A stretch of DNA of 64,000 bases from Halocafeteria seosinensis (taxonomy: Eukaryota), in the NCBI GenBank assembly GCA_001687465.1, contig LVLI01000204.1:62001-126000 (forward strand). The letters are read 5' to 3'. A model generated the notes under the pieces. It ran no database searches. It saw nothing but the letters and a program-made list of their open reading frames with translations, and was not told the DNA's origin. Shown here piece after piece: positions 59,444 through 64,000 of this stretch (the stretch's first letter is position 1; each line of letters starts with the position of its first letter). The position numbers were made by a program, and so were the translations under genes.

Positions 59444-62400
59444 TCAGGCATAGCGTCGTAGTAGTTCCTGCCAGAACTTATATGCATGTTGTACAACGTT
59501 CGCCTTGTTATCGTTTCCACTCGTGTTATGTTGCTGACCTGTAGCCTTAGTGCCATCAGCTTCAGCATTCGTATTGGACGACTCTGTTAATGTGTCGGAT
59601 GACTCTGTCGTTAGCTGGTCTTGGATTTGTTTATCTGAGGAGGATAATGAGGATTGTTGCTTATCTACTTTACTTTTTGCCAGCTCCTCAATAGTATAGC
59701 CGTCATCATTTCGTATGTTTTTCACTTCAGGAATCGATTTTCGATGACGGACGATTGTCTGCAGCATTGTGAAAAATAGCTGGTAGTTCTCTTCAACCAG
59801 TGCTGCGTGAAGGGGAGTATTGCCATATTCATCCCGTATAGTCCATGCGGGCCAATGGCGGAGAATCGGTACAACGAGCCACGGGGCAGTGCGTTGGGCA
59901 AACGAAATGGTATTCATTTCACCCTTGTCAGGCTTATGCATGACTAAGCTTTCCAGATCTGCCGCGTGAGCCAAAATGGCTTCACAACTTCGAACATGCT
60001 CCCTAATAACTGCGTTCCTTAAAGAAGGAGCCTCTTTTTCTATCGCTTCTCTCAGTCCTTCGCTTGACTCCTGGGTAATATGCTCCCGCTTGAAAACTAG
60101 TTCGCTCTGTAACTGGTCCTTTTTCTCGGACTCTATCTCGCTCATAATTTCGTGGACTTTCTCATGCCTTTCACTCAATTGCTCCACCAGGCCTACATGT
60201 AACTCATGCAATTTATCTTTGATATTCTTGAATTGTTCTCCAGCTACCTTGATCAATCGCTGGAGAGTTGACAACCTATTTTCATCAAGGATGTCGGTGT
60301 CTACCGTGGCACCGGCTTGGCATAACCTCTCAACTGTGGCAGCGAAGAAGCCCTTTCCCAAGTCCCACTGGCGTTCAGAGGAGAGGAGATGTAGAAGCAT
60401 TGTGTACCCTTTATTGTCCATATGTTTTGTGATTCCTGGGCATACATGCAATACAGAGTCTAGTAGCAGCAAGTGGTTAGCAGCCTTGGGATACTCCTCC
60501 AGAGCGAATAGCCATGGATCCCGTCCATGCTTGTCACGGCAGTTCATGATATCAGAGAGCTTTTCTTGCTCGTTCGTCCCTGTTAATAACGCTTTGGCAG
60601 CTGAACTGTCTGAACTCCAGACATCAGCGCATACATGATGCCCAATAGTAAGATCGTCATTTCCACCCTCTACATTCTTCGCAAAAAAATCAACATGAAG
60701 TGCTAATCCCATAAACGAATTCATCGTCATGCTGCCGCCTTTGAGGACGCGGTACAGCAGATTCTCTCCATTGTCATATCGCGCATTTAAGTCGTAAGCT
60801 TTGGGATTATCATTCATTGTCACTAAGCAATGAAGTATAACCATAGAGTTGCAGCTATCGACAGCGGCCATTAAATCTTCTTGTGTCACTTCCACGCTAC
60901 CGTCACAACTTGAGAACTGACCCTCAGGGAAAATGCTATCAAGGTATTCCGCTAGTTTGATTTTCTGAGCATGCGAAGCATGATGCTTGTAATATAGTGA
61001 CACCGTCCACCTTGCTCGTTCCTGCAGCAGCATTAGTTACAACTTCGTAACAAAGAGGAGCTCTAGCCCGGCTACAACGCTACGGCGTAAAGAAACAAAG
61101 GGAACGTCTCAGTTCGATAGCACAGTTATGAGCTCATCAAAATTGTTCAGATAGGAGCGAAAGAAAAATTAAATCATCATCGACGTTTCCCCATTTTCCA
61201 GTTTGGTCCGAATAGCGTAACCAACAATCCCACTTACATTAATGGCTCCATATGCCGCAAATACTTTTAATATCTTCTCCATTTCGCCCTGAGTGTCTGT
61301 GCCGTCGATGGCTCTCAAAGCAGTGTTAATAAAGGGAGTAACGAAAAGTCGCGAACTTGCATGCGGATCAGCCCCTAAGCCTACTAGAAGCTTAGCAACA
61401 CTGCTATGTCTCACTCTGATCAAAGGAGAAGCCAGATTCTGCCAGTTCAAAAAGACACTGAATGGTCATGCAAATCAAGTGCGTTTGCAACGACGAGAAC
61501 TAATACTCACATCGTCAAGATTGTTAGGCTCCGCTCGGTAATATAGTAACAGTTTGGATGCACGAAGGGCGTGCTCCTCATCTTTCTTAGTTACAGCGAT
61601 ATGCAATGGTGATTGAAGCAACTGCAGGAATGAATCAGTGGCGCTTCTACATTCTTGAGCAATAGCGTTCTTCCTTAACTAAGTTACGTACTCGCCCTTC
61701 CTGTGCATCCACCTGGGCACCTCCATCGAGCAACGCCTTGGCGATTTCAAACTCTCCTTTGCTGATTGCAAGAGTGAGAGGACTGTGGTGCAAACCTTTC
61801 TGCATGAGCCAGGGCGGCACCGGGATAGATGAGAGGGTAAGTGTCAATCCATGCGTCCGGAAGTAGGACTACTCACCTGTGGTTGATATATAATTTCGAT
61901 GTCCGCACGAAATTGTCTCAAGAGCTGGACAAGTTCTAACCTGCCAAAATGAATTGCCAAATGTATCAGCGGACGACCGTCCCATGGTTCTACCTTTGGA
62001 GATATCGCGTTAGGATCCAATCCGAGAAGTAAAGATGCTCGCAGTGCCCGAATGTCATTGGTGGCAATAGCCTGGCACGCCGACAGAAGGTGGTGTTCGT
62101 AGTTCTGGGCCTGATTATTCCCGTTGTTGCTAGTAGTTGCGGCGGGATTCCGCGCTTCCTGAAGTGTTTCTACAGCGCTATTCGCTGGAGTCTTACGGCG
62201 TAAACGCTTCTCTTTGGAATTCTGTAGTTTCGCGTGGTATCGACTCTCGAGTTGAGCTCGCTGGTCTTGTTGCCCTTGAGCACTCTGTGTTTCTTTTCCA
62301 TTGGCCGATTGAGTCGCCGCCTGCTGGGAGGGACTCATCGACGTCTTGGCATGCTGACCATTGGTCACTTGACCTCCATGGGAGGTGTGAGACGTGGTAG

Positions 62401-62470
62401 TGGTCGGATCCCCACTGACACCGTGTTCCGGCGGCGGCTGCGTCTTGGTCTGACGTTTACGCCGTCCCAT
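59444..62470 (-). CDS. Ankyrin-repeat protein; multi-exon
   Basis: GRPLIHLAIHFGRLELVQLL, SPLTLAISKGEFEIAKALLDGGAQVD and DEYGNTPLHAAL; GT-AG introns link the ORFs. Confidence 0.8.
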
Positions 62471-62666
62471 TCTTGCTCCCAGAAAAGCTGTGTACCACCC
62501 ACCCTTCCAGATAATTAAAGAAAAACCCAACCAGAATGGGGAAAAATACGGTAGATGATCCAATATCAACACATACGCGAAAGACACGTCAGTGACTGCA
62601 GGAATTCTCAAGAACACCCCCAATTTCCGGGCTCTCGGCCCGGAATCCGGGCCGAAGTTTGCCATG

Positions 62667-62775
62667 GTACTGTACTTGTAAATGTACATTCAATAACTAC
62701 ATTGTACAAGTACAGTACAACATTGTACAATGTACAACTGTACAACTGTTGTACTACTGTGTACACGTACAATGT
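62667..62775. repeat. Degenerate TGTAC(A) repeat tract (12 GTAC in about 105 bp)
   Basis: gtactgtacttgtaaatgtac...ttgtacaagtacagtacaacattgtacaatgtacaactgtacaactgttgtactactgtgtacacgtac. Confidence 0.7.
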
Positions 62776-63703
62776 AGAGGTTGGTCTTTCTGTGGCCGGA
62801 AAAAGTTGGCTTTCTCGGCACCAAACGACCACCGAGCTATATATAATAATTTCTCTAATTGGGTCGAATCTTGGGGAAGTCTTACCGCATACCGCTCCTC
62901 GTTAAGAGGATGCGGTCAACTTCCCGGCCGGTGGGCTATCTGCCACACTTGTGTGTGTGTGTGTCTTACCGGTATGACACACGTGACGTAACAGAAGACA
63001 ACAAGTCAGTCGCATGGCTCATGCTACTGGGGGAGAAATGGGATGTATAAATGGGCAAGAGGAGCCATGCAGCAGCTGAGCACTTCCCGTTAGGAATTTT
63101 AGCTCTTTCCTGCAGGAATTTTAGCGGGTAGTGCCTGCAGACTGCAGCACCCCCAGTTGAGTCGGCAGCTTTCCCCTAAAATTGTAATTTCAGTAGTTTT
63201 TCTAACAGTCCTGACGCTCACTCCATGGTTACGGCAAGACGACGAGATGTGGATTATTTTGTAGCCTCAAAATGGAGAGTAGTGCCTTGCGAGATTTTAC
63301 GCTTCTGTACAAAGCAAGCAGCCGGTCTCACTTTGTGGTGACGCTTAAGGTACAAGCCGCAGCACAATGTTGGGTAATTGTTGAGGTTCGATTGTGAGGA
63401 AGAACATCCATTCTAAGTGCTTGTTTCTAGCCATGTAAACCTAAGTTAAGGATTCCTTAATGGGGGTAGACGAAGCCCTGGCCTATTTGTACAACCTTTG
63501 AAGTATACATGCATACAGTAGTTGAAGTTCCAAGGGACCGCAAACGTTTTCGTGTTGTCTGTTAAATACACTGTACCTTTCAGGGGGTATTGGTAATATG
63601 CAACAAGAGTATAGTTTCAACTGAAAGATATCAAATCAGTATGGAAGAATGAAATTTACATTTTACTGCTGTTTATGGCTTGTTATCGTGGAATCAACGA
63701 GGT

Positions 63704-63970
63704 TCACAACATGTCAAGACTCTCAACAAACAGTGTCTTTTCATCGTACTTTCTCTGGAAGTTCAAATGGAGGCCAAGACAACGGGAACGATTCAGTGCT
63801 TCATCGATTCCTGAGAAAGTTGGATAAACCTCTGCAACACAATCAGTCAAGGGACAAGGTGCAGCAACTATCCACTTCAACTCCAGAAGGGGGAAATGAC
63901 GATATTCGCTTTGAATTCGGCCCAGCTTCACTGTCCGAAGGCGCAGCAGGCCGCTTAGAACTTGCAACAA
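63704..63970 (-). CDS. Possible terminal exon of a gene entering from beyond the window
   Basis: 88-aa ORF at the window edge with no recognisable motif. Confidence 0.25.
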   Translation of the reverse strand: MLQVLSGLLRLRTVKLGRIQSEYRHFPLLELKWIVAAPCPLTDCVAEVYPTFSGIDEALNRSRCLGLHLNFQRKYDEKTLFVESLDML

Positions 63971-64000
63971 AAATCTACTCTCAGAAAGACAAAGCTCTCG

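Noticed and set aside
62660..62780. CRISPR-like array
   Set aside because: No constant-length repeats with unique spacers and no cas genes; it is a degenerate short-unit tract.

Overview
Gene-dense eukaryotic nuclear DNA, most likely from a protist; the lineage cannot be fixed from this window. It has short GT-AG introns, mostly about 60-80 nt, and very short intergenic gaps. I reconstructed about 27 protein-coding genes by splicing the ORF track. Recognisable genes: NT5DC1-like nucleotidase (partial), chitin synthase, BCKDH beta, M16 peptidase, mitochondrial S18, OLA1/YchF, adenylate kinase, ketohexokinase-like, rhomboid, DNA polymerase kappa, GT8 glycosyltransferase, carnitine carrier, FAM136A, ALKBH7, APC2, plus TPR and ankyrin proteins. 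The most striking element is a tandem pair of three-exon genes (44536-47991 and 48884-52498). Each encodes an apparent membrane receptor with a bacterial-chemoreceptor-like input (TM - dCache with an amino-acid-binding-type motif - TM - HAMP) joined to a cytoplasmic TPR + MIDAS-complete vWA output, with no kinase or cyclase domain. Other notable items: a 19-bp palindromic element recurring in three promoter regions, an intronless 818-aa protein resembling an uncharacterised bacterial family, a degenerate single-domain DEAD-box protein, a possibly tail-anchored SPP-like peptidase, and a Pol kappa with a UBM-like tail. I recognised no rRNA, tRNA, CRISPR array or transposon. All family calls come from motif recognition by eye, not from database searches.
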